Below are positions 48,805-61,400 of a stretch of 64,000 nucleotides of DNA, piece by piece. Below the pieces are notes generated by a model that saw only the letters and a program-made list of their open reading frames with translations, was not told the DNA's origin and did not search any database. The position numbers and the translations under genes were made by a program. Position 1 is the first letter of the stretch, and each line of letters starts with the position of its first letter. Source of the stretch: Macrostomum lignano (Eukaryota); the NCBI GenBank assembly GCA_002269645.1, contig NIVC01002176.1, positions 1 to 64,000 on the forward strand, written 5' to 3'.

Positions 48805-51360
48805 ATGAAACGTAAAGCCTCCGGGGTTGAAAACAGACGCAAGAAAAAGCTTCGTCTTCTCGAGGAAAGCGCCAGAAGCCCAGTAGGAATTATAACTTTC
48901 CTAAACAAAACTTCTGGACATCCTGCTGCTGTTGAATCCGGCGCCCCTGCTGCTGTTGAATCCGGCGCCCCTGCTGCTGTTGAATCCGGCGCCCCTGCTG
49001 CTGCTGAATCCGGCGCCCCTGCTGCTGTTGAATCCGGCGCCCCTGCTGCTGTTGAATCCGGCGCCCCTGCTGCTGCTGAATCCGGCGCCCCTGCTGCTGT
49101 TGAATCCGGCGCCCCTGCTGCTGTTGAATCCGGCGCCCCTGCTGCTGCTGAATCCGGCGCCCCTGCTGCTGTTGAATCCGGTGCCCCTGCTGCTGTTGAA
49201 TCCGGCGCCCCTGCTGCTGTTGAATCAAGCGCCCCTGCTGCTGTTGAATCCGGCGTCCCTGCTGCCAGAGCCCATGCTTCTACCGCTGAAGATACTAGCA
49301 GGGGAGTTTGCATGATTGACTTCGGTTGCTGGTGGCCCTCTGAGTGAACACCTGAATGACCACATTCGTCTTAAGCTGCTTGACTCTGCCTGGTCGCCGT
49401 CAGCCAACTACTCAATGCCTTTACTCCACGCGCATTGTAAAGGGCAAGGCTGAAAAGCGCTATCTAAGACATGAGCACCTGCAGAAGCACAGCTTTCTAG
49501 CCTTCTCAGAAGCTCGATCTGGGCTTTTCTGTCGGTTCTGTGCGCTTTTTGGGCCAGCGTCTGGGGATGTACGCAACCAGCAGCTCCGCAACCTAGTGTC
49601 GAAGCCCTTGAGTAGGTACGACCATCTGTTTGGTGCAAACGGCTATGTCACCTCCCATGCTGCAATAGCGTATCACCAAGATGCTATGGCACGCGCGGCC
49701 ACCTTCAAGCAGCAAGCAGCAGCTCGCAGCGACGTGGTGAAGCAGCTGGACGAAGCACGGCAACGACAGGCAGCAGAGAATCGAAATCGACTGCGGCCAA
49801 TCGTGAAGACGCTTTTGCTCTGTGGAAGACAAAACATTCCAGTTTGCGGTCACCGCGACGATGGCCCGCTTTCAAGTGCCAACTCTGACACGAGTGACGA
49901 CAATTCGATGGTTTCAGGCAGCGGCAACTTTCGCGCTTTACTGCAGTTTCGTGTTGATGCTGGTGACGAAGCGTTGGAGAAACATCTCAAGAATTCAGCA
50001 GCAAATGCAACGTACATCAGCAAGACAATTCAAAACGAGCTCCTCGAAGCCGCTGGTTGCGTGATTCAGGAAACTCTGGCCACCAAAGTCAATGCAGCAA
50101 AATGTTTTTCTGTACTCATGGACAGAATGCGGGGTGAGTTCAATGGAGTTCAGGCACATGTTCGGCAGAAGTGTCCAGCAGCGTACTACATTCACTGCAC
50201 AAGTCACTGCCTAAACCTTGCACTCGTTCATGCCTGCCAACTGCCCCCAATTCGTAACGCAATGGGAGTTATAGGAGAAGTAACAAATTTCGTCAATTCA
50301 TCGGCAAAGCGGCTCGAGCTCTTTCAAAGAGTCACCGCAAGTGGCTCGTGCAGCAGCCGTCAGCGGAAACTGCTAACCCTGTGCGATACTCGCTGGGTCG
50401 AGCGGAATGACGCCGTGCTCGTATTTTCGCAGCTTTTCGCATCAATTGTAGAATTTCTTGATTTCTGCGAATCCGCCTCCGATTGCGATCCAAGAGCTGC
50501 TGCAAAGGCGCAGATGCTGAAGGCCGCCTGCACAATGCCGAACTTCATCGTGGCGCTGCATGTGATGGGTGAGGTGATGGCAGTAATCCGGCCTCTATCC
50601 AGCTTCCTTCAGAAAGTTAGTATCGATCTGTTTACAGCAAGCAAGCACATCGAAAACGTGCGTGTCACGCTGGAAAAGATGCAGGCAGAAGCCAGCACTG
50701 CCTTCAAAAGTATCTGGTCGTCAGCATCCGAAGCTGCAGCTGAAGCGGGCGTAGAGCTGCGCATCCCTCGTCGTAGAGGCTGTCAGCAGGGGCGTGGTGC
50801 TAGCGAAGACACGCCGGAGGAACACTTCCGTGCTGATGTGTACGAGCCATTCCTACAGCACATTCTGTCTCAGTTCCAGCAGCGCTTTGGGGACCAGGCC
50901 CAGCATGATGCTTTTCTCCAGTTAACATGTTTGCTTCCGAAGTACGTCCATTTATGTCAAAGACTTCGAGCTTGCACTGTCGCAGTTCAGCAGCTTTGTA
51001 GACACCAATGCAGTTGTTAGGGGCGAGTTTGCCTGCTGGAAAAGTATTTAGGAAAGGTCAAAATCTGCGGCTGCAGCCGACACTGCTATTGAGGTGCTGG
51101 CTAACTGCGATGCTGCATTTTTCCCTAACATTTTCGCACTGCTGAAAATTGCTGCAACTTTACCTGTCTCAACTGCAACTGTTGAAAGATCTTTTTCTAG
51201 TTTGCGACGCTTGAAGTCGTATTTGCGTTCTACCATGCAGCAGGACAGACTTGTCAGTCTGGCTCTGTTGCACACCCACCCTGAGTTTGCAGAGACTGAG
51301 GATCAGGTGATTGATCGATTTTGCAGCAGTGGTTCACGCCGTAAAGACTTTGTTATTTGA
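48805..51360 (+). mobile_element. Decayed hAT-superfamily transposase (THAP12/ZMYM1-like: TTF-type Zn finger, DUF4371-like core, C-terminal dimerisation domain)
   Basis: MKRK..RRKKK basic N-terminus; GLFCRFCALF; RPIVKTLLLCGRQNIPVCGHRD, GNFRALLQF, YISKTIQNELL; IHCTSHCLNL, LCDTRWVER; FPNIFALLKIAATLPVSTATVERSFSSLRRLKSYLRSTM. Frameshifts at ~49325, ~49420 and ~50955; TAG at 51049; in-frame core deletion at ~50123. TIRs not identified. Confidence 0.9.
48920..49262 (+). repeat. 24-bp in-frame minisatellite (14 x PAA[V/A]ESGA) inside the transposase N-terminus
   Basis: Direct repeats CCTGCTGCTGTTGAATCCGGCGCC in the frame of ORF 48805-49347. Confidence 0.95.
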
Positions 51361-52920
51361 ATTTTCACCCTTTCTGCAAGCATCCGTCTTTTTGATATTA
51401 ACAAATAGCTATCACTACGAGATGCGCGTGAATTTTTTATAAAGCTAGCTAAGTTGACAACTGCCCAGTGGGGAAAAAAATCAAGCCCACTGTGGGCGCA
51501 GTACGCCTAAGGTACGCCATGCAGGGATGCGCCCTGAAAAATATTAATAGGTTCTTTTTTCTAGTCAAGCTATGTGGATTTTTATCCTCAAAGCTTAATT
51601 TTAAGGATGTTTAAACAACAGATTTAAGTTCTAACTCGGACTCCGACTGGCATCCGCCCCAGGGTTTTTTAACTGAAGCACCAGGTGCCAGGAGAAGGTC
51701 TCTAGAAGACAGTGACATTGACAGTGAATGATAAAATTATTAAAGGCTGGAAAGTGTTGGATAGCAGCTAAAGTACCTTTTCATAATTTAAGACTGATCT
51801 TAATTAGAATGCACGATGGAATCCTAAAATTGATAGTGGAATGTTAAAATAGGTAGTGGGATCTTAAAAATTCCAGCATAATGCAACCATCATACTACTA
51901 AGAGTAGAATCAGGGAATTTGCGCTGCTGAAAAATCCTTAAATTTTCTTTAAATCTCGAATTTTCTTTCCGTCTCCTGTCAGCTGTTTCACTATCTTCTT
52001 GACTCTTCTCCAATTCTATAATTCGTCTTCTTACAATCTATTTTAAATGTTTTAAATATAATTATACCTAAGGTACCCTTTACGTGTTATTGGTATTTTT
52101 CTTTTCTTTAGTACCTAGTATGTGTAAAAGTGCTTATTATTGTCATTTGTTTGTATCATTTAAAAATTTTTCATTGTTAATACACCGAATGGAAACAAAT
52201 AATATAAAAACTGTTCTTCTCTTCCCTTTCCCTTTCTTCCTGAAAATTATTTGATGATTAGGGGATGGTACATGCATTTTCAGTTAATGGTTAATAACTG
52301 GTCATTATACTGTGCAGGTTGGTGCAACTACGCTCACGAAATCGAGCTGCGCAGCTGCGCTCCAGGGTGGGTCCGCTTAAGCATAATGTCTTCATTATAC
52401 TACTAAGAGTAGAATCAGTGAATTTGTGCTGCCTAAAAATGTTACGGTACGCTCAGCGCCAGGCGCGGCGCCGACTTGGCGAGATCCATACAGTGCTTCG
52501 GGGCGCACTGTCGCCCCGAATTGAGCGCCGCCGTCGGCGTACGGTAAGGCATACTAAAAATCCCCACTGGGTAGTTAATAAAGCTTGCATTGCAATTGCA
52601 CCTTTAATAAAGCTAACTATTCACATTTTATAGTCAATATGACAATATGTCCCTCCGGCTGACATTCAAGCAGTGCTAAACACATTACTTGAGACTTAGC
52701 TGTTTAATCATTTTTTTCCAATTTGCTACACGCCTAGGCCTAAGGCTACTTTCATTGCAGCTAAATGACAAACTTAAACTACCACACAGCAAGAAATTTA
52801 CATTTTGTGTAAAGTCAATTAGCCATTTAATTTATATTGCTTTGTATGTCAATATTTATCACAGATGACATTGAGAAGAATATAGCTAAGGTCTAAGGAC
52901 TAAGGTGCTAGGTGCATACA

Positions 52921-53004
52921 GTATGGCGCCCCTCTAGCAGTAGTGCGCCCCTTGTCTGCCTGTCCGCCCCCCCCCAAAAAAAAGGAATCCTGGATCCGCC
53001 ACTG
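52921..53004 (-). mobile_element. Probable solo end of a non-autonomous DNA transposon (CAGTGGCGGATCCAGGA...G-run...GGGGCGC)
   Basis: The reverse complement has the same terminal architecture as the MITE at 8172; no partner end found. Confidence 0.4.
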
Positions 53005-54376
53005 TTTAGAGCTATTTAATGTACAGCGACTCGAGAGCATTTGATGATCATGCTGTGGTTTTTACGGTCGATAATTTCAATTTCGATAATTTCAGTGAGT
53101 CGTCGATCTAACCCTGGCGCATTGGTTGCACGTACACAGGAAGTTGGTCGTGCACAGCGCCTGGCTCTTGTACAGGTGCAGTTTAACCATTGTGTGCAGG
53201 TGCCTTTCAGTAAAACCGTTATTGCTTAGCAACGCTTAAGAATTTGTAGATGACTATATCCGGCACACGGGACCTTGTACCTTGTACTGTACAAGGTTTT
53301 CGGTACACTGGACTTCAGTCTTTCGGTAAAGTACGGATTGAAAACTCTGACACACTGTAGCTTCATTTTTCATTCAGAATACGTTCGGCGTTCGGAAAAT
53401 TTTAGCTTACATATATTACATTGGACAGATACATGTAACGCACTACTTTTGAAAGCACTAGTTCATTCTTCACGTACACATGTAACTCTGCGAACCAATT
53501 ATTTTAGGGCTCTGCTCTGATCGTAGCAAGACAAACTTGATGCATGCATATGCATGGAATATTCATGCATATAGTCGGGAGTCGCGAGTAGCCCTGACAC
53601 ACGCCTTTGACGATTTCGTTCCACAACCAGCGCTGAAAGGCGATTCTGCGCATTTCGGTGACTCCTAGGCCAATACTGTACGCACTCATACACGTACACC
53701 GCTCACACAGGGTATAGCTGTCGGACCCTGACTTTCTAGCTCAGCGGGCCCTGACTTATCATCTAACATGTAACACCCTCTGTGCAAGACGTGTGAGTCG
53801 CACACGACAACTCCTCGACAAACGACATATTTCGTGCACAAGCCCTTACATTCTCCCATCAACCTTGCGGTACATGTGTAAAATATATGTTTCTTTAGTC
53901 ACCTGCACGTATAGGTCAGCAACACAAAAATTAAAGATAGTACGCGCTTGTATTAACGTTTAATAACGAAATAAACATCCGCCTTGGCATCAGATTTGGA
54001 GATTTGACGAAAAGAAACAATTTGAGGTGTAGCATTTAAAATGCATACCTTTATACATGTAGTACATCTCGATCTCCACCTTGAGGTGCACTGCATCACA
54101 GCACACTGCAGTTGAAAGGTTTTTATTTTCAATTGTTAGGTTGAGTTTTTCGACTCTAAAGGTACCGCTCCGATTTCACAATTTAATTAGAGCGAGCACT
54201 ATTATTTTAAATAAGGCTCAACTGAGTTCATCCGCATGATGCTTCACAATTGTCATCCTGCTCTGGGGTCACTCTTGAGCTGCCAAGCCTCAGTCTGGGG
54301 GTTTCGCATTATTTAAATTCTTCAGATTTCAACTAAGTAATCATGACAAGTTCATTTAGTGAGGTTCAATCGGTAG

Positions 54377-56837
54377 TCACGACTGGTTGTGGCTGAGTGT
54401 TCTCAATACGCAAGAGTAAGTTGGAAGCTCGTCATCGTCTGGGTCTCCCAGATCCGCTGGATTGTCTGTAAATGTATTTTTGGTTTGCTCAGTAATATAG
54501 AGGTTAATAAAAGCCGGTAATAAAGCCGAGAACTTTACTTTGGAAGGTGTACGGAGGTGGAGCTTTGCTCAACGACGGCGTCCGGAGCAGCTGCTGCGGT
54601 GTTGTCGCGGTCGTCGCTGGGTGATCCTGAGCAGCGTAGCAGGGCGAGGCCGTGGCCGCCGATACTGATGGAGGAGTGGAATTAGGTGTCAGCTTCATCA
54701 ATAGCATGTTCAGTAGTTCAAATTATTAGCTCAGCGCAGTAATGCGCCTTTATTGAGTGCGCTCGTGGTCGCTATAACTTTTAGGCTGGTCTGGGGCTTT
54801 CGTGTGGCTCACGTCCATGAGGAATTCAAGGCCTGCACTGTACAACATGAATGAGCGCATGCCTACCGTTGCTCTTTGGTAATGACCTAGTGAAAATTTT
54901 TGTCCATGAGAAACAAGACACTTAACTCTACATTGCTTCAGTTCACCCAGTTGTAAAATGGGTGCCAGCATTTTTAGAATTGGGGTAATTGAGGGGGTTG
55001 TGGCGACCCCCAGTCCTTGGACTGAACAACCGTACGCAGCCTTCAGATGCGCCGCGCTATACATGTAGCTGCGGCTAAGCTGTCGGTTGCACATCTGGCC
55101 CAATTGGGGCAGGTGTAATCAATTAATATTATTAACCTTACTTGCAAACAAACAATTGATTGTGAACTTTCCAACTTAAGAGCAACTGTCAAAACACGCG
55201 TTAACAGCGACTGCTGTCGGTGATTTTCTTTCTGAAACAAAAAACTGCCTGGCGAGTGGCGACTCCTACATGCAGCCCTGTTGGCTTTCAACGCAATGTT
55301 GAACTCTCCGTTATTTCAGTTGTATAGCTTGATTTGGAACCCCAAACTTGTTACCGAAGTGCCGCCCATGTACATATACCTCGTAATAACAAAAGTCAAA
55401 CGCTCACAATCGATTTCGCTATAAGACGGTGGCAGAGGCGATTGGTGAAAATTTGGTTGCACCTGATGTCTAAAGCATGGTCTGGCCTCTGAAATATTTA
55501 TCGAAGAATGGAATTCTGGAGCCGAATTAAAAGTGCAAATCATATAAATTCAAACATTATATAGACTTCCTTCTATGACTCATTTACTCAGAATTTTGTT
55601 AACAGGCAAGGGGCTGTGTGCATCCTGGTGCAGTTTAAGCGACATTTTCACACAACGGCGAGAGGCATTACTGCCATTCCGCCGACTCCCCTGAGCATGC
55701 AGGTACACAGCGCGCGGATACGTACGCAGTCATACGCACAGGCACACACTCACACAGGAGTGTACAGCGCGGCCCTAACTTTATTTATCGTTAGGTATGT
55801 ACACTTCACTGTGCCTTGGGGTTTGACGCGAGCATGCAGAGCCAAGCCGAGAATCCAGTTTAGCCCCAATTAATGTGACTGCACTTGGAATCGAGCCTGG
55901 GCCGCTGGTACATCAGAGCGCCGCGCTGGGCCACTAAACGCTTACGTGCCCCCCATTTACTTAGTATATTTAAATGAAATATTATATATTAGCAATGCAT
56001 ACCTAAGACTCTAGTAATAACAGGCGCGCGCCTGCTAGAAATAGATGGATTTCTGCGCGACAGACACCGTTTCAGCTGCACCAGCAGGCAGGCAATGATC
56101 ACAGTAAGAAGAATTAATCCGCAAGACTTCAATATGTTGCCCATGACTTGTTCGTCGCCTGGCGAGTTGAACATTCTGAAGCCAGTTCGGTAATTAATCC
56201 GATAAAAAAGAGAATTTAATTTAATTGGCGCTTCACCACGAAAGCGTCGCCATCAGAAGCTCGAAAAGTCACACCGTCGAAAACTGATCTAGCAGCCACC
56301 ATCACAAGCTCGAAAGGTCACATCGTCGAAAACTAATCTAGCAGCCACCAACACAAGCTCGAAAAGGCACAAGCTCTAACCCTAACCCTAACCCTATTCC
56401 TAACCCTTTTCGAGCTTGTGTTAGTGACTGCTACACGTTATATGAGTTTTCGAAGATGTGAATTTTCGAGCTTATGACTTTTCGAGCTTGCGAAGGTTTG
56501 GTTACTTTTGTGATTTTTCGCAAACGATGAGATTTTTCAAGCATAGGACTTTTTGAGCTTCTGATGGTGGATGCTTTTCAACGATGTGATTTTCGGGCTT
56601 GTGATGTGAGTGGTTTTTAAGAGATATGATCATATTTTCAATGATGCTTACTACACCAACACCAAACTACTAGAAATATATATACAGAGCAATAAGCCTC
56701 GCACGGCACTAGATATTTGATTATTTACCCTGCATATGACTACAAGTATCCGTTGTTGCATACCCGAATAGATAGACATTTCCTGATAGCTTCTCGTTGG
56801 TGGCAGCAGCAGCTGTGGTTGTCCTGACAACGGCCAT
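54377..56837 (-). CDS. Predicted 189-aa single-pass membrane protein with three PY motifs (PPSY, PPPY, LPTY); exons 56764-56837, 56003-56175, 55408-55515, 54539-54664, 54377-54465
   Basis: Four GT-AG introns, all phase-consistent, no internal stop. TM segment CGLILLTVIIACLLVQL followed by KRCLSRR; each of the last three exons carries one PY motif; the three largest introns each hold a repeat element. Confidence 0.75.
54895..55095 (+). mobile_element. Partial copy of SINE family 1 (CORE-like body)
   Basis: CAAGACACTTAAC..ATTGCTTCAGTTCACCCAGTTGTAAAATGGGT..GGACTGAACA.CCGTACGCAGCCTTCAGATGCGCCGCGC matches the reverse complement of 59101-59260. Confidence 0.75.
55690..55945 (-). mobile_element. 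SINE family 2 copy (tRNA-like head)
   Basis: The - strand begins with a tRNA-like stretch containing a B-box-like GGCTCGATTCC; the body is shared with 62550-62750 (CACACAGGAGTGTACAGCG.GCCCTAACTTT..ATGTACACTTCACTGTGC..AGCCAAGCCGAGA). Confidence 0.6.
56235..56615. mobile_element. Foldback (long imperfect inverted repeat) element with central (CTAACC)n
   Basis: Left arm CCATCAGAAGCTCGAAAAGTC / CACAAGCTCGAAAAGG is mirrored by CTTTTCGAGCTTGTG / GACTTTTTGAGCTTCTGATGG; core CTAACCCTAACCCTAACCCTATTCCTAACCC at ~56376-56406. Confidence 0.7.
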
Positions 56838-57334
56838 TGTCTTCTATTAAACTATTACTGTTCGAATTCACACGTACTTTCACGCGACGAGACCTGGAAG
56901 TTTGTGTTCAGTTCGACAAGAGCTTTCATTATGAGGTCAAACCAGCCCTCTTTACCAATTAATAGCTAAATATATCCCATAATTCTCGATCCTTGCATTC
57001 TCACAGGCCCCTGTGGTTTCATTGGGCGAGAGCAGCAGTTTTCATAACTATCGATTAAAAAATGTGCTCACCCTCCATCACCCTCTCAACAACTGCACTC
57101 TCTCCAGTTCCTCTTTCATGCCAGTCAGGCCAGCTGGGAAACCGCCTCCCCAGAGGCCTACTGGGGGCTAATGATGACAGCTGCTGGGTCCCGATGCTGT
57201 GTCGGATTTCGCCTCCACCCAGCGCTCTGGTCGGTGGCAGTGTCGGATTACCATTGCCCTTGTATTCTTACTCGACTCTTATCTACATTGGGCGTGTGCA
57301 GCGCCGTCAATAAATTGAAAACAAGACCAAGTGT

Positions 57335-57690
57335 GCTATATGGGGGTGCTTGCTATCTGGAGGTGCTTGCTATTTGGGGATGCTTTCTGTCTGGAGTTGC
57401 TTTGCTACCGGGGATGCTTGCTATCAGGGGGATGCTTTCTGTCTGGAGTTGCTTTGCTACCGGGGATGCTTGCTATCAGGGGGATGCTTTCTGTCTGGAG
57501 TTGCTTTGCTACCGGGGATGCTTGCTATCAGGGGGATGCTTTCTGTCTGGAGTTGCTTTGCTACCGGGGATGCTTGCTATCAGGGGGATGCTTGCTTTTT
57601 AGGGATGCTTGCTGTCTGGGCTTGCTTGCTATTTGGGGATGCTGGGTATTTAAGGGGATGCTTGCTGTCTGGGGGATGCTTTCATTTAGA
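57335..57690. repeat. 52-bp minisatellite built from GGGGATGCTT subunits
   Basis: About four near-perfect 52-bp units flanked by degenerate shorter subunits. Confidence 0.92.
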
Positions 57691-58498
57691 GGGAATGTCT
57701 GCTATCTTTGTGAAGGCTTTATTTTGTGTATTTTTGGTACTTTTAGAAAAAAAGAGAATCATATAGCAAACACCTTTATCCGGGACAATTTTTGTCCGAG
57801 ATTGATACAAGGCTGGGAGCTTCAAATCAATAATTTCATGAAATAGATCAAATTTCTACGAAGTCTAGTATATTCTAGTATATTCAAGTCGGTTCCGTGA
57901 TCCGGTCTTTCCAAGAATAGCCATGTCAAAGAAGCAATTGCATGTTTAGTCGGATAAATTCACTGATTTCAGTGACATCACCGTAGGATTAAGGAAGCCC
58001 CGCCCACCCAACTCGTCCTGAGATCTGCTAATCCACTTTGATGGACTAATACGAGTGCAGGAAAATTGCTTGATTTCAACACGAGTTGCTGCTTTTTTCC
58101 CCGTTTCTGCGATAATTAAGAAAGGCTGCTTCCTGACCATATAAAGTATCTTGCTTTTCTATTTATTAAAATAATAGCTCATACAACGTAAGAAGCTTTC
58201 AAATTTTTTTTCCGAGGCAGAAGACGATTACATGCAAAGCTCATTGATTTCAGTTGAAGGTTATACCTCGAAGTAACAGTTTATTAAATTTTCATGCCGC
58301 CGAAAGTACTAGTGTTCCAATGTACGAGCCAGGTGTATAGAGACAGAACACTCCTCCAAAATGCTAAATTCTCAGATAAAGCACGAATGCATGCTCAGAT
58401 AAATCAGCCTTTGTAACGTGAAGGGTCTTCATTATTCCGCACAATTTGGTACAACGCAACAGCCGCTGCAGAATAAGCGCACACAACAACACTCAACA

Positions 58499-61400
58499 AT
58501 GGTCGCGCTAATAACAACTTGTCAGATCCTTCTCTGTCTCAGTGCTCTGCCCCTGCCGGCAGTCCTGGCCATAGACAGCGGGCTCACCAGCCATTTCAGA
58601 CTCTGGCTAAGCAACAACGGGTTCAATGCCGCAGCTCTGGCCAGAGACGACCTCGCTGCTGCTGCCAGTGGCGGAAGCTTCGGAGGTCGCCGAGCTGCCA
58701 CCGACAGAGTTACACGCGATCCGGCTATCTTTGTACACGGCAACTCGGATCGGGCGTTGGGCGGCGAAATGGGAGGCTGGACTAAGGCTGTGGCCTATTT
58801 TGAGAGCCGAGGTGAGACTGCTACTTGATGCTTTGTATCAGACCTCTCAATTACAGTTCACAATGTTCGAGCATTTTTATTAACTAACACCTTGGGCAAC
58901 GAATCCGTACATGTAGTTTTATGGTCTTTAGGCGTTCCTTTAATAACAAAGAACTTGAAATCTGAAGTGTTTTATGGCCTTTTCTCAAGTCAATAGGGCT
59001 TATACTAGTGATTTGTCAGCCTTCCAAACTGTCTGTGAGTGAGTCAGGTATGAGTATGACTATAATAGGCACCAAATACTTCATATTTCTTACTTTAATA
59101 TGGCTACATGTGCAGCTGACAGCTCAGCCGCAGCTATTGCGCGGCGCATCTGAAGGCTGCGTACGGCTGTTCAGTCCACAACCCATTTTACAACTGGGTG
59201 AACTGAAGCAATAAAGAGGTAAGTGTCTTGCTCAATTAAGGACACAAATTTTTCCGAGTACGTCAAGAGTCGAACCCCCGACCTTCCAGTCATGAATCCG
59301 ACGCTCTAACCACTCGGCTACAACCCTAGAGTAAAATTACTTCGTATACTTGTTATACAAACATGCGTGTTATTTGACAAAAATGTCGGCTATATTTTTT
59401 ACTGTCTACTTGCGAGTAGGTGCAAAGCAGCTTCTCTGTCGTGAAGGAATGGTGGTTGACTTTATCAAAGCATTAAAAAGGAGTTTAACATTAATTCAAG
59501 CTGCCAGGGGACTGAAATGAGTCAGAATTTTTCAGTAAATCAATCAAGTTACGACTAAAAAAAACAAAACGACAAAAATTTTCGTGACCCACAATTTCTA
59601 TTGACTGCATTTTGGATCATTCAGCCAGTCAGTCAGTCAGTCAGTCAGTGTTTTGACAATTTTTACTAAGGCCGTGCTGTGTTGTTTTCACCATCCATTT
59701 ACCCCGCTGCTTGACCGCGCTTGTCTCTTCGTCTGTTGTGTGTCAAGAAAAAGCCGGCGTTTAAAACAAACTCCGCATTCCCACAGCTACGGCCTCTGGT
59801 CGGTGAATGTCCCTACAAACCCCGATTCTCGTCCAGTTCAAGCTGCAAAGTTTTTTGGTGTAAGAAAGTGGGAATTCGAGTTTTTTTACAGAAAATCCAT
59901 TCCCGAGGCACAGCAAGACTAAGAAATTTTCGAATGTAGGATGGACTGGAGTGAATGCTATTAAAGTTTATCCACGATTTCTGACTTTTTTTCAATTATT
60001 ATAGCTTTCATTTCTTACCTGAGTGAAAAACAACCAGCTGTACTGCTGCAGATCTGTTAGGCAGCTGCTTTCGAAAACTAACCACAGGATAAGACCGTGA
60101 ATTGATTTGTTACTCTATGCAACAAGCTGAATTAAAACAAAACCTTCAACTCGTCCCTACTATATTTAGAAATTTGTTTTGCTGACAGCAGGGTTTACGA
60201 GCGTAGAACCCCAGGTAGATTTAACAGGTACTTCATGCCGCAAATAGGCTTCAACTGCTTCGAAAAAAAAACTTGCTTGTTTTTTAGCAATGGTTCCATT
60301 GAACAGGATGAAAGATGCTTTCTAGTGCTATCTTTCGAATCTCAAGGTTTCTTAGTAACCGCAATTTCAAAATTTGGTTGACATTGACAATTGCTTATTG
60401 AGCTTTAGTAAAACTGCCCAACTGTTTTACGTTGAAATTATCATTTGTTATAGTAACCTTTATATCGTCTTTAAACCAAAATTTTTAAATAGGCTACAGC
60501 TCAGCTGAGCTCTACGCAACCACCTGGGGCCCGGCAGACAAATCCAAGGCTCGAGAGCAGACTCACAGCTTTGCCTACGTGAGCCATATTCGGCAGTTTA
60601 TTCTAGCGGTGCTGCGATACACGGGCGCTAGGAAGGTGGACATTGTGTCGCACTCTATGGGAGTAACCCTGGCGCGTAAGGCTATCAAAGGCGGCCTACT
60701 AGATGGACAGAATCTGGGTGAACCGTTGACCAGTCGGGTGGACACCTTCGTTGGCATGGCTGGCGGCAACTATGGACTGACCAATTGCTTTTTGGCGTAA
60801 GTCTGGCCTCGATAGATAATCCGCAGTTTTTTTTTGGGGAGGGGCGGTTCAAGTTTGGGGCGCCAATTTTTAAGCTACAATTAAGGCATGTAGCTTAAGG
60901 CGTGTAGGGGTGAAAAATCAAGTTTAAAGGGCGCAAGCTTAGGTTTGGGAGGCGCAATATGTTCTATCAAACTATTTCGGGGAGGGGGCGTCCGCTTAGG
61001 TTGCATGCTTAGTTAAGAGACAATGTGCGCGCATAAAGTTACATACTCAGATTTCTGTTGATGTAAATCAAAAACCCGAAAGGGACTTCATGACTTAATA
61101 CCGACAAAGCAACATTAGCGTAATTGTGAAGGCGAGATTTCTTGACTGGACATCCGGCTCAGTGCCATAGACAAAACTGTGCTCCCGGTTTCTTTTCAGT
61201 CCACTATTGAAGACATGCAACAGCCGGGACGGCTTCTACCCTGGCGTGTTCAACCCGCTGCTCCAGCAGGTAACCGGCCGGTCGCGGTTCCTCAACGACA
61301 TGCTGCAGAAGCCGGGATTCGAGGGCGCCCACCGCTATGCAATCTGGTCGGTTGATGACGAACTTCTCACCCTGGGCTGCATTGTGTACACCACTGTGAC

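Noticed and set aside
48100-51700. Terminal inverted repeats for the hAT element
   Set aside because: Candidate ends (e.g. GGTACGCCATG near 51520) have no matching partner or TSD that I could find.
51877-52440. ~60-bp direct repeat pair (GCATAATG..TACTACTAAGAGTAGAATCAG.GAATTTG) about 500 bp apart
   Set aside because: Too short for LTRs and no PBS, PPT or coding sequence between them; probably fragments of a dispersed repeat.
59255-59322. tRNA gene
   Set aside because: The acceptor stem does not close and the sequence runs into a dispersed SINE body; treated as a SINE head.
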